Positions 49,052 through 59,738 of a DNA stretch of 64,000 nucleotides are shown here, piece by piece (position 1 is the stretch's first letter; each line of letters opens with the position of its first letter). The DNA lies in assembly GCF_037042905.1 (NCBI RefSeq), contig NC_087245.1:372001-436000 (forward strand), given 5' to 3'. The stretch is from Lytechinus pictus (taxonomy: Eukaryota). The notes below the pieces were generated by a model, which saw nothing but the letters and a program-made list of their open reading frames with translations, did not search any database and was not told the origin of the DNA. The position numbers were made by a program, and so were the translations under genes.

Positions 49052-50058
49052 CAGGGGTTCTCAAACTACGGCCCGCGGAGCTTCTCTATCCGGCCCGCGA
49101 GACTGTGCTGGGTTCTTTTTAATCACTTAAGTCACAATATGAAACATAGCTCAATATGATTACAATGTGTATCCATGTAGACCTAATCGTAATAAAAGTA
49201 ATGGCAGTCAAATTAATTTGACTTTTAAACAAAGTTTAGTGGTGTCTTTTCTGTCTGTTCGATCTTCTTTCTGATTAGATGACCAGCGCTGTTCTCACCA
49301 TGTTTGGATCTACATGAGGTGTGAAAGTGCATTTTCCACAATGAACATTTTAAAGAACTCATACCGAAGTACCTTGACAGGGGCCGAGGAACGGTTTTCT
49401 AAGTGGGGGGGGGGGGGCTGGCCATGCAAAAAATCACAATCATATGGTCATTTTTATGTTTTTGTTAATGGTTTTGGGAAAAAGTGGGGGGGCTAAAGCC
49501 CCCCCCCCCCCCCCCCCCCCCGCTTCTGCTGCTTGACCAGTGAACATTTACACCAGCAGTGCCTTCGTCTAGCAATTACACCTTTTGTGCCAAGGTTCAA
49601 GCAACTTGTTGCTGACAGACTGTCACTTTTCCCATATTGAAAGTGACTAGGAGACTGACATCCTTGTTAGAGTCTACAACAGACATGCTCTATTATTCAT
49701 TCTACTGCAAAAATATTGATACTTCAAGACATTATCTGTTTCCCCAATCCCAGTTATGTATAGGTATAATCTAGATTACTTTTAACAAAGTACTATAATT
49801 TTGTTATTAATATTGACTCTCGCTGTATTTTGAAATCTTTTCTAATTTTGCCTGCGTTCCATATAACTGTTATAAATTTGTTGGAATAAAAGCTCCCAAA
49901 ATAAGGGACAGATTGCACAAGAGAGCATCTAGGACCCCGACGGCAAGGGTCTTTGCGCTTCGCGCACATTTTTGTCTAAGTATCCAATTCACCCTGGCCC
50001 TTTCAGGTTTACTTGGAGTCTCATCTGGCCCTTCAAATAAAACGTTTGAGAACCCCTA
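49052..50058 (+). mobile_element. hAT (Buster/Charlie-type) deletion derivative with transposase C-terminal remnant
   Basis: TIR caggggttctcaaac / gtttgagaaccccta; 8-bp TSD gtctagac/ttcttgac; frameshifted MFGST.RCESAFSTMN..RSTLT..EHL..CLRLA..CHFSH at ~49279-49640. Confidence 0.85.
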
Positions 50059-50635
50059 TTCTTGACCCTAGTCTAGATCCATTTTTTTTATGATTGAAAT
50101 AGACTAGGCCTAGATCTGGATTCAATTTCAAAATTACTAGTATAACATTTCAAAAACTTAACCTCAGTAGATTTAAGGTTGATTTTCATGGCAAACGTTT
50201 TTTTAAAAAAAATTCTAGTAAAACTGGGGCAAGCCGAAGAGGCCGAGGGCCAACGAGAGAGGCCAACTTTTCTCATAGTGTATTTTCTTTCATGAGGATG
50301 TTTGTCTACATAAGTGGAAAAGTTTCCACTTAGCATATTCCCCAATGAAAACTGAAATAATTATGAAGTCATAAGTTGCAGAAGATAACGGACATTAATT
50401 TGATGAAGCTTTGGTAAATCGGGACAACATGATTATCAATACTATCTAGAGTACCGGTAGTAGAGCATTATCTCATTCTCACTTACCCATTATTTATAAA
50501 TATGGCCTTTGAATCCCTTTTCAGCCGTTTATTTGTAAAATTGGAAACTTTAGTTTTAAACATTTTCTTATTGTTATTACTTCTCGACTGTTTTTTTTTT
50601 CAATTGGAATGTATGGTAGTGGATCGTATATTATC

Positions 50636-53600
50636 CAAGGCTTGACATTAGCAGTGGCCTGGGGCCACCAGAAATTCACCTCGGGCAACCATTATTGGAA
50701 AAAATGTTAAGTTTTGGTGGCCCAAATCGGGCAACCAATAATTTTCAAAGTAGCGCAATTTTTCTCCCGATTTTGCATTTATCAACTTTCTACAGTTCAA
50801 ATTGCAAGCCAATACGTCATGCGCCCTTTCCTTAATCTACACACAAAGATTGCATAGTCATGGAGGAAAGGAACATAACAAAGCAGTGGAGAATTATCCA
50901 GCCGGCCACGCCGGCTGTCTGGCGTGAGCTTTGCATGCATGAAACCACTGGAGCTAGCTGTGCGCTAGCAGACTATTCAGACTCAGGGAGCTGTGATTCG
51001 AAATGTTGCTGCTAAGATATCTTCCACAGAACTTTGAAAATCTACATCAAAGTCGCATTTTACACCAATGAAATGCCCTTCTCCAGTCCATATTACTAAA
51101 ATCTGGTGTAACCTGATTATTTGCAAGCATTAAAAAGAGGAATTATGACCTCTCTTTTGACTCAAAAGACTGATTTCCAAATGCATTAATACAAAACACA
51201 TAGGTGAGTACATCACAGTCCCACCCACATGTGGTCAATTCCAGCGTAACGGACATGACGTTCAGACAATTTTTTGTAATTCAAAGGTTTATACAGTAGA
51301 ATAAGCAGTCTTTTGATAATTGTTACTGAGCTTATCAGACACATTTGAGTATCAGTTACATACACATGAAATTTCAAATCGTTTCGTTGAACAGTTGCGG
51401 AGAAATTGCACTCTTTGTGAGCGTAACGGACATGACACTAAATGGACGAAGCATTTTTACCTCCTATTGCTTATCAAAATTCCTGTGAATTCTTAGATTG
51501 CATGCACCTGACGTTGGTGTTAATTTAACCTTAAGATCATGCTTTATCTATAAAATGGTGTTTAACAACAGTTTTGCAGTGCATTCTGTATTCATAGCTC
51601 AAAATGTAGCGTAACGGACATGACACACAAAACGTAACGGACATGACAGTTTCATCCACTTTTTGTAAGCGAATATAATTATTTTATTACAAGATATGGT
51701 ACAAGTCTAATTGTTTACATGTTAAGGCTAGAGGTTAGAGACACACATCATAACTGGTAATCTGTAATATCTCCTATTATTTTGCGATTTGAGAGGGGGG
51801 CTTTTCGTGCAATATTTATAAAACAAAAAAATATTTTGAAAAATTTCTTTTACACCAGTTAACAACAGTTAATGAGTATTTTCCAGTTACTACCATCCGC
51901 TACACCTAATTAAAGGAGAAAAAGTTGATAGTAAAGATTATTTTTTTATCATGGCTTACTATTTGATAATATACACTAGCGTAACGGACATGACACCCTT
52001 ACGGAGTGAACTTCATCAGCACTTCTTAGTTTCAAAATGAAAGAAATATGAATAATGAATGTAATTATGTAACAGCAAAGTACCTTTACTAACATTCTTA
52101 AGAAAAATATGTAGATATTATTGACAGGTATCATTAATTTAATAGCTATAGCCTAGTACATGATAATTTTATATAGAATACAATGTTCATCGTACCACTA
52201 CGGCACACTGAGAAGACCAAATCTCATTTTTTTGTGAGAAGAAAACAAAATGTACCAGACCTGTATAAATCCAAGATGAACTTTATGAAACTTATTTTAT
52301 GATAAAGAATATGAACTAGTATTAATGTCAGTTTTAAGATTAAAAAAAAATGATATTAAAAAGTATTTTAAAATTTAATAGCAGTACCTGGAAACCAGTC
52401 TCATTATCGATTATGTATGAGTTGAAAGGTACACAGAATGTTTGTAAATCGCTTCTTAGATTTTTTTTTTCATTCAAAATAAATATCATCCTGAGTATAA
52501 TCATCCTTTCATCAAATCTTGGATGTTCTAAATCTTACGATCTTGCTTGCTGACAAATGTGGCTGTATCTAATTTTGTTGCATTGTCTGCGCTGCTTGTG
52601 TACAAATGAAGATACATCATTCAAATCGTGATTATGGCTGACCAAAATACTATGATGACATAATTTAATATCGATCGCGCCACATTCCTTCCACAGCCCC
52701 TTTGCTTTGTGATATTGCAAAGAAGTGCCACTGTAGATTCATGGATTCATAGAGCTACATCATGTAACACAGATATCTGAATACAAACTTGTTTTTAAAT
52801 GTGAGCCCGTGCCATCACTGAAGAAGTAGAGGTTGGTGAAAGTCAGATACTTTGAAGCAATATCATCAGTGATCTCATGAATTCACAAGTTGGAGTTTTA
52901 TCATGCTCCAAACTGTCAGTGCAAGCACCTTTATTGTATTGTTCAAACACAAATGATGCAGATTGTGATCTGAGTATGTTGCCAGATCTAGCTGCATCTT
53001 ATCCTAATATTATGTGGCATACCGTTAATTCTAAGAAAAATACACCAAAACAAGAGCTGAACTTTCATCATTCACCAACTTCTAAAAATAGCTTGAATGA
53101 CATGCAGATTCTAGGAGTTATTACATCCAGCTATCCTCAAGCAACTGAGACTGGCCTCAGTCTGTGACAGTGAGCCTAATATTTTGTTTTTGTGAATGCT
53201 GCCTTTTGTCATATATAAGGCGTCATGTCCGTTACGCGAATTGTCATGTCCGTTACGCCATTTTTATGAAAATGAGAAGTGGTAAGGGAAAATGATTGCT
53301 ACACATGGTAGGGGGTTTAATTCTAACATAGAATCTGAATCTGCAGTACCTTTAGACAAATTTCCTGTAAGCTGTGAAAACTTTAAGTGAAAAACGTAAC
53401 GGACATGACACTGATAATGGTAAAGAAATCACACAAATCTGAAGACAGATTTCTCTAAAATTGATGAATGGCATAAAATTTAACGATGATTTTCTGTTGA
53501 TTTGAACATTAATTAACTATTCAAAAGTTAAAAGAGACCTCTGGGACCTTGTTTGCTTTTAGTAGAGACAGGAAAGATGAATTGCTTAAATATAGCCACA

Positions 53601-54908
53601 TTTTTTACATTTTGCAATTTACTATTCTATTTTTTTGATGATGGAAAAAACTACAAAATTTTTTCAATATTGCGATTTTTCTATTGGAAATTGAGACTTT
53701 ATAGATTACTTTTTAAGAAAATTTGACTGCTTAAGTGAAATCTGAAACTTCATTTTTTTCTCTAAAGTGAACATTTTCCATGGAATTGCCCATGTGCATT
53801 TGTATGTTTGTTGATACTTGGTTTCTTTTGAAGCTGTGTCTTTTCTAGCCAAAATAAACAGTTTCTTTCTTGTTTATAAATGACTTCTTAAACCACTCTT
53901 GAGGAAGTAAATACTTTGGGAAGGCATTTCAATGATATGAAATGTTAATTTTTCTAGCATTTTGGCAAATATGGGGTAGGACTATCCTCACACTGTTTTT
54001 TCCAGATATAACTTTTGCTGTTTTCTTATTTTTTTCTTTCATTTTTTTTATAGTGGTTAAACCATTTATACCCCTTCCCATTGAATATGCCTGATTAAAG
54101 ATTATGTTTCTACTGAAAAATAATAATTATAATAATTTTCCCCATTTTTTATTAATTTTGTTTTATTCATTTTTCTTTCATTTTCTTTTTTTCCCTAAAT
54201 TTTTTTCTTTCCTTTTTTCCTGTTCTTTGTTTTTTCTTTCTTTATTTTCTTTCTTTTGTTTTATTTCACTTATTTATTTTATCAGTTTTGTTTTCTTTTT
54301 CAATATACTATTCTAAAACTTACTTTTGATTGTTTCCCCTTTTATGCATTGTTCTTATTTTGCAGCATATTTTTCTGTGATTTTCTCCTGCTATAATATG
54401 CTGGAAAAGAGAAAATAAACTGGATTTGGGGCCTGGCCTGTCGGTTTTAGGATTCAAAAAGGAAGAAAGGAAAAAACATTGTTTTGTACATCTATCTGAG
54501 TTTGCTATGCACTATTTATTTACTTTACCATTGTGAGTGTGTGTGTCTATAGTATACAGAGATTTTTTTTAAAGTCCACACAACCTGGGAACAATACAAT
54601 TCTTTTATTCTCTTTCAATCATTTGATATTTACAATGATAGAACAATTTGTATATTACCACAAATCAATTAGCAAAGTAAAATAACAGCAAACAAGATGT
54701 ACATACAAGATGTACAAAGTGAAAGTAACTTAGTGGTAGTGGCTGCAGAATTAATATTTCAAAAGTTTGTTTTATTCATTTTCAATTAATGTTTTTCTTT
54801 ATATTTTTCGGGCCACCAAACTTTAATATCGGGCCATCAACAAAAATTATTTGAAGGTTTTGGTGGCCCGAACGGGCCACCACCAAAAAAAGTAAATGTG
54901 GAGCCTTG
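50636..54908. mobile_element. P-like non-autonomous element (7-bp TSD) carrying a nested Sola-like element
   Basis: TIR caaggcttgacatt / aatgtggagccttg; TSD tattatc on both sides; subterminal gggccacc/ggtggccc motifs. Confidence 0.75.
51233..53791 (-). mobile_element. Sola2-like decayed DNA transposon
   Basis: TIR ggtcaattcca / tggaattgccc; 4-bp TSD atgt; repeated cgtaacggacatgac; minus-strand remnant YFFSDGTGSH(F)KNK...WHFFAISQSKGAVEG at ~52850-52680. Confidence 0.7.
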
Positions 54909-55678
54909 TATTATCGAACACTTTTCATGAATTCAATCATATCAATCACTACATTCTTATAAAAATTCACCAAACTTTCACCATAAACACACTAATACTG
55001 ACAAAATATACTGACAAAATATAAATATACCAAGAGGGGAACGACTGATTATTCTTTCCTATCCACTTTCAATTTATATATACATATCATTTTTCCCCTC
55101 AGCTCTTTTGAATAGTTACATTATAGTTTCTTCCTCTACTTTCCTCCCATATCTCATACAAGCTCAGCTCCAATTTTTCCTCCTTTATTCAGGCGATATA
55201 ATAATTATTATATATATATATATATATATTTTTTTTTCTCCACTCACCTCTTTTAGATTTATCACATTTGCTTATTTACATGTATACTATGGTTTCTTCA
55301 TAATACACCCCCTCTCTTCTATATTTGCTTTTACCTTTTTAGGCAATTTGCTTCCTCTTTTTCACATATACAGGTTTTTTTTTTTTTTCCTACTGCATAG
55401 TCCTATGTTTTTTTCCCGTCACACCTAGCGGATTACAATATCAGTTACACCATATGTGTATTTATATTTTTTCATATACATTTCTTTTTTGGATATATTT
55501 ATATACATATCACTTATAGATACATATTTACACTTACCTTCTTCTCTTAGTTTGTTTAATGCTTTATCGTATATACTTATATGTCTTTTGCACATTATCA
55601 GTTGTTCCCCATTCTTTTCCTTTTTTCCCCCACTCTTATGCACCAGTTTATTATGCCTTTCTTTGTAACCTGTTTGAC

Positions 55679-56520
55679 CATGGACCTATTACGAATGGAC
55701 ATTCAACGAATCCCCTCCTTTGGGACAAAGACCGTAACCGCTAATCCTTTTATAAACAGAGCGCTGGCAGCTGACGCCCATCAAGCCGGTCGTAAAACAC
55801 GCTCTCACTGATGGACAGCGGAAATCAATTGTACGCTGCTCCTACCCGTTGTGATGTCGTTCGTTCACTTTATCAAAAGCAACGCACAGCAGCGAACGTT
55901 AGCGCTATGAAAATGATAGCAGAAACAAGAAAACAGGCGTGCATAAACATATTTTTTACGTACATCGCAAACAACCGCACATGAAATGCATTGACATCAC
56001 CTTGCAGATCCGTATATCTACGGCAAAAAAGCAGTTGAAATTAGACGGAGAAATGTGTGGAAAAACGTTAAAAATGCATCTTTTTCGGACAGTATTGATG
56101 TCGATAGTAGCGCTTACCTTCGGTCAGAAGTTGATTTTCATTTGGGCATAAAATTCCACAGGATTGATGAAATTTAATGGGATTTTTTTTGATGGTCAGA
56201 CGACAATCGCACATTACAGACAGCCTAAAATAATGTACTGAAAAACCGGATATGAATCGCGCATTGCATTCTAGGTAATGTAGGGACCTTCGTTATTGGC
56301 AATCGGGGCTAAAACATGACCGTCTTTGGTCGAAAGAGGGCCAGTGATCGACCGGTGACGATCATTGGCCGAAAGGAGCTTGTGTAAACAATCGCCCCTG
56401 GCGGTCGTCGTAAAAACCGCGTAAAGAGAAAGTTAAGGGTTAGACAGCGATTTTGACAGCTGGAAACGGGTGGTGGTCATAAAGAGCTCTCGTTGAATGT
56501 CCATTCGTAATAGGTCCATG
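55679..56520. mobile_element. P-like MITE
   Basis: ~31-bp perfect TIR catggacctattacgaatggacattcaacga; 7-bp TSD gtttgac. Confidence 0.88.
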
Positions 56521-56539
56521 GTTTGACCCACCTCTCACT

Positions 56540-57454
56540 AGGGCCGTCTGCACCATCCCGAGTTTTCAAATTAGCGCGCTATTTCTGATCCGGCAAATTA
56601 TCCCGATCTGAAAAATCTCGAGATAGTTTGCAGTGGAGACGCAATTATCGCGCTAGTTCGTAGGATTAATCTCGAGATTGCAATCCCAAGTCAACTCGGG
56701 TTTATTTGCAAAATAGCGCGCTATTTTACGAATTATCCCGCTAATTCGTAGGTGCAGACGCACTCGAGATTGGACTCGGGGTAATTTATTCATGACGTCA
56801 GTCCATAATGCAATTCGCATTCCACTTCCGCCTTGGTCAAAACATAAACACGTGCGAAAGACAACTTTATACATGCGAATAGATACTATCGCGAATAGCG
56901 TTCATCAATTGCCTAATCAGCAACGATGGTGTCCCACCAGTGAATGGATTTTGGGAGAGACCAGACCGAAGGGGGAGGCGCTCATCGACGATGGTCATAT
57001 TCAATAACAACACCGACAGCAGTGTCGTCTTATTCCTTCGCAAAATGTGAGCAAATAGCATTTCTTTCCTCCTTCTCTCCCTCTCTCTCTCTCTCTCTCT
57101 CTGTCGTTGCCTTCTACTCCGCCATCATATTTAACGAAGAATACATCACTTCTTCACTCGCTGAGCTGAGAGGATTGTTGCATAACACCGGTCGAATTCG
57201 GCGAAAGTGCTAGTGAAAGGAGTACTGCTTGCATATATATCGCGGGAAGTTATTCAAAAGCGCGGGCCGTTGAAACTCCAAGATCCGAAAGTGCGCATGC
57301 TCGGAATATCGGGCTTGTTGCCTCGCTCGAGCAGGAATCGCTCTTCTTGCGATGGTGGAGACGGGGTTTCTTGAATCTCGAGATTAATCGTGAAATGGGC
57401 CGATCGGGCTAAAATCTCGAGATTGAGCAAACTCGGGATGGTGCAGCACCGCCT
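56540..57454. mobile_element. Harbinger-like MITE, copy 1
   Basis: TIR agggccgtctgcaccatcccgagttt / aaactcgggatggtgcagcaccgcct; 3-bp TSD act. Confidence 0.85.
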
Positions 57455-57567
57455 ACTAATTCTCTAGTTATTCATCCCTCTATCACTGTTTTGTTCCAGA
57501 TCCTGTTTGATGTTGCCTGCCTCATTATCTTAATCCCTCTTGGCCTTACTTACACTAACTTCCCTAT

Positions 57568-58467
57568 AGGGCCGTCTGCACCATCCCGAGTTTTCAAATA
57601 AGCGCGCTATTTCTGATCCGGCAAATTATCCCGATCTGAAAAATTTCGAGATAGTTTGCAGTGGAGACGCAATTATCGCGCTAGTTCGTAGGATTAATCT
57701 CGAGATTGCAATCCCAAGTCAACTCGGGTTCATTTGCAAAATAGCGCGCTATTTTACGAATTATCCCGCTAATTCGTAGGTGCAGACGCACTCGAGATTG
57801 GACTCAAGGTAATTTATTCATGACGTCAGTCCATAATGCTATTCGCGTTCCACTTCCGCCTTGGTCAAAACATAAACAGGTGCGAAAGTCAACTTTATAC
57901 ATGCGAATAGATATTATCGCGAATAGCGTTCATCAATTGCCCAACCAGCAACGATGGTGTCCCACCAGTGAATGGATTTTGGGAGAGACCAGACCGAAGG
58001 GGGAGGCGCTCATTATCGACGATGGTCATAGTCAATAACAACACTGACAGCAGTGTCGTCTTATTCCTTCGCAAAATGTGAGCAAATAGCATATCTCTCC
58101 TCCCTCTCTCTCTCTCTGTCGTTGCCTCCTTCTCCACCATCATATTTAACGAAGAATACATCACTTCTTCACTCGCTGAGCTGAGAGGATTGTTGCATAA
58201 CACCGGTCGAATTCGGCGAAAGTGCTAGTGAAAGGAGTATATTGCTTGCATATCGCGGGAAGTTATTCAAAAGCGCGGGCCGTTGAAACTCCAAGATCCG
58301 AAAGTGCGCATGCTCGGAATATCGGGCTTGTTGCCTCGCTCGAGCAGGAATCGCTCTTCTTGCGATGGTGCAGACGGGGTTTCTTGAATCTCGAGATTAA
58401 TCGCGAAGTGGGCCGATTGGGCTAAAATCTCGAGATTGAGCAAACTCGGGATGGTGCAGCACCGCCT
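57568..58467. mobile_element. Harbinger-like MITE, copy 2
   Basis: Near-identical to 56540-57454 in the same orientation; flanks tat/ttt. Confidence 0.85.
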
Positions 58468-58605
58468 TTTGTGTCTGCCTACTCCTTTTCTTTCATCCCC
58501 TTCACTAACCTGATTGGTCTTCTCTACTCACTAATGCCCCTTTTGTCTCCTTGTTTCTAGTGTGGTCTATATTATGGTTGTTCCACTTTATATGTTTGTC
58601 ATTTT

Positions 58606-58644
58606 GCCTCCGACGAAGATTCTGCTAGGATCGAAAGCTTAGGC
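58606..58644 (+). ncRNA. Minimal type I hammerhead-ribozyme-like motif (Penelope-type), U4>C variant
   Basis: gcct-CCGACGA-a-gattct/gct/aggatc-GAAA-gctt-aggc: stem I GCCU/AGGC, 6-bp stem II, palindromic AAGCUU stem III. Confidence 0.55.
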
Positions 58645-58800
58645 CCCTTTTTGACCTTCTAATTTACTCCATTGGCTCTCTTTTATTAGATAAGCAGTTT
58701 TCAGCAGCTTCTTTTTGCCAAAATATAAATATGTAAAAAATTTGCCGAAATCATTTTTGTTTTTAACTTTAAATGTGGAAATCTGACCAAAGTTACACTC

Positions 58801-58929
58801 TGTCATAATCCTGATATTTATGTGAAGATTGATAAAACTAAGCGTGCATCTTGTGTCCTTCTTGCCTTGACAATATCCAATGATATTCAGATTAATCCAG
58901 GCCCTATTAAATATCCATGTGGTCTGTAG
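58801..58929 (+). pseudogene. Non-LTR retrotransposon 5' remnant with 2A-like peptide
   Basis: In frame: ...VLLALTISNDIQINPGPIKYPCGL*. Confidence 0.55.
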
Positions 58930-59300
58930 CCTATAATCTAGGCGGAGGCTGCAGTTATTTGTCTTTGCTGTTATAATGCTGAACGTAAGCGATATGTCTG
59001 ATCTGGCGAAGAATACGCATTTTGGCTGCGTTAGTAGCCACCGCCTATACAGTCCCGTCTTGCTTTGGATGTTGTTTTTCATTATCGACTTTGAAATGAC
59101 ACCAGTTTTTTTATTGCAATAAACATTATTTATAATCAATATTTAAATTTTATTATTTAATAAAAAACATTTTTAATCTATGAATTTTTTTCCAAAACGG
59201 CACTTCGTAATACAGTTCATCGAAGCTACGTACGTGTACATCATATCGAAGCGGGTTCAAGGGTCAACCTAATCAATAGGTCAAACCTTTTCCATAGGTT

Positions 59301-59367
59301 TGTATCCATATTGTAAACTCTGCAATACAATAGGCTATTGTATTGCAGAGTTTACAATATGGATACA
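59301..59367. repeat. Perfect palindrome, 33-bp arms with a 1-nt centre
   Basis: tgtatccatattgtaaactctgcaatacaatag-g-ctattgtattgcagagtttacaatatggataca. Confidence 0.95.
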
Positions 59368-59738
59368 CGAGTGCACATGATGCACGCGACAAATGCAAAG
59401 CTTTCATGGGCTCTTGCCCAAATAAGAGATTATTATATTAAAGCTAGAATTTCACATTGTGCTGTGACACTTACCGAACCATGGATCCTTTGGTGACTTC
59501 TCTTTGCCGTTTTTTTTTTTTTAATAAGGAATTTTTCTTGATCTTCACGTAGATGCCCTTCGATCAGCGACAAAATCAATTTTGGCCTAAAGAGGGTGCG
59601 CAATATTATTTATAAGCCGTGTTGTTTACGCTTCTGAAGCTTGTACTGCTAGCTGCATTCTAAGCGCTCAGAATTATTTTCTTGCTCGTTCAATCCACTT
59701 TTATCATCGTCTTGTCAAAAGATGGCATACTTCAAATA

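Noticed and set aside
56653..58425. Pairs of similar 64-102-aa ORFs
   Set aside because: They are chance ORFs duplicated with the twin MITE; stops and frames differ between the copies.
50482..59720. Candidate first exons of the SRA gene (minus-strand gtaagt donors near 50486 and 59474, gtaagc near 56117)
   Set aside because: The 50486 site gives ATG-G (phase 1), which is incompatible with the phase-0 exon at 48496. The 56117 site is inside a MITE. The 59474 site has no convincing upstream ORF. The start of the gene is left unresolved.
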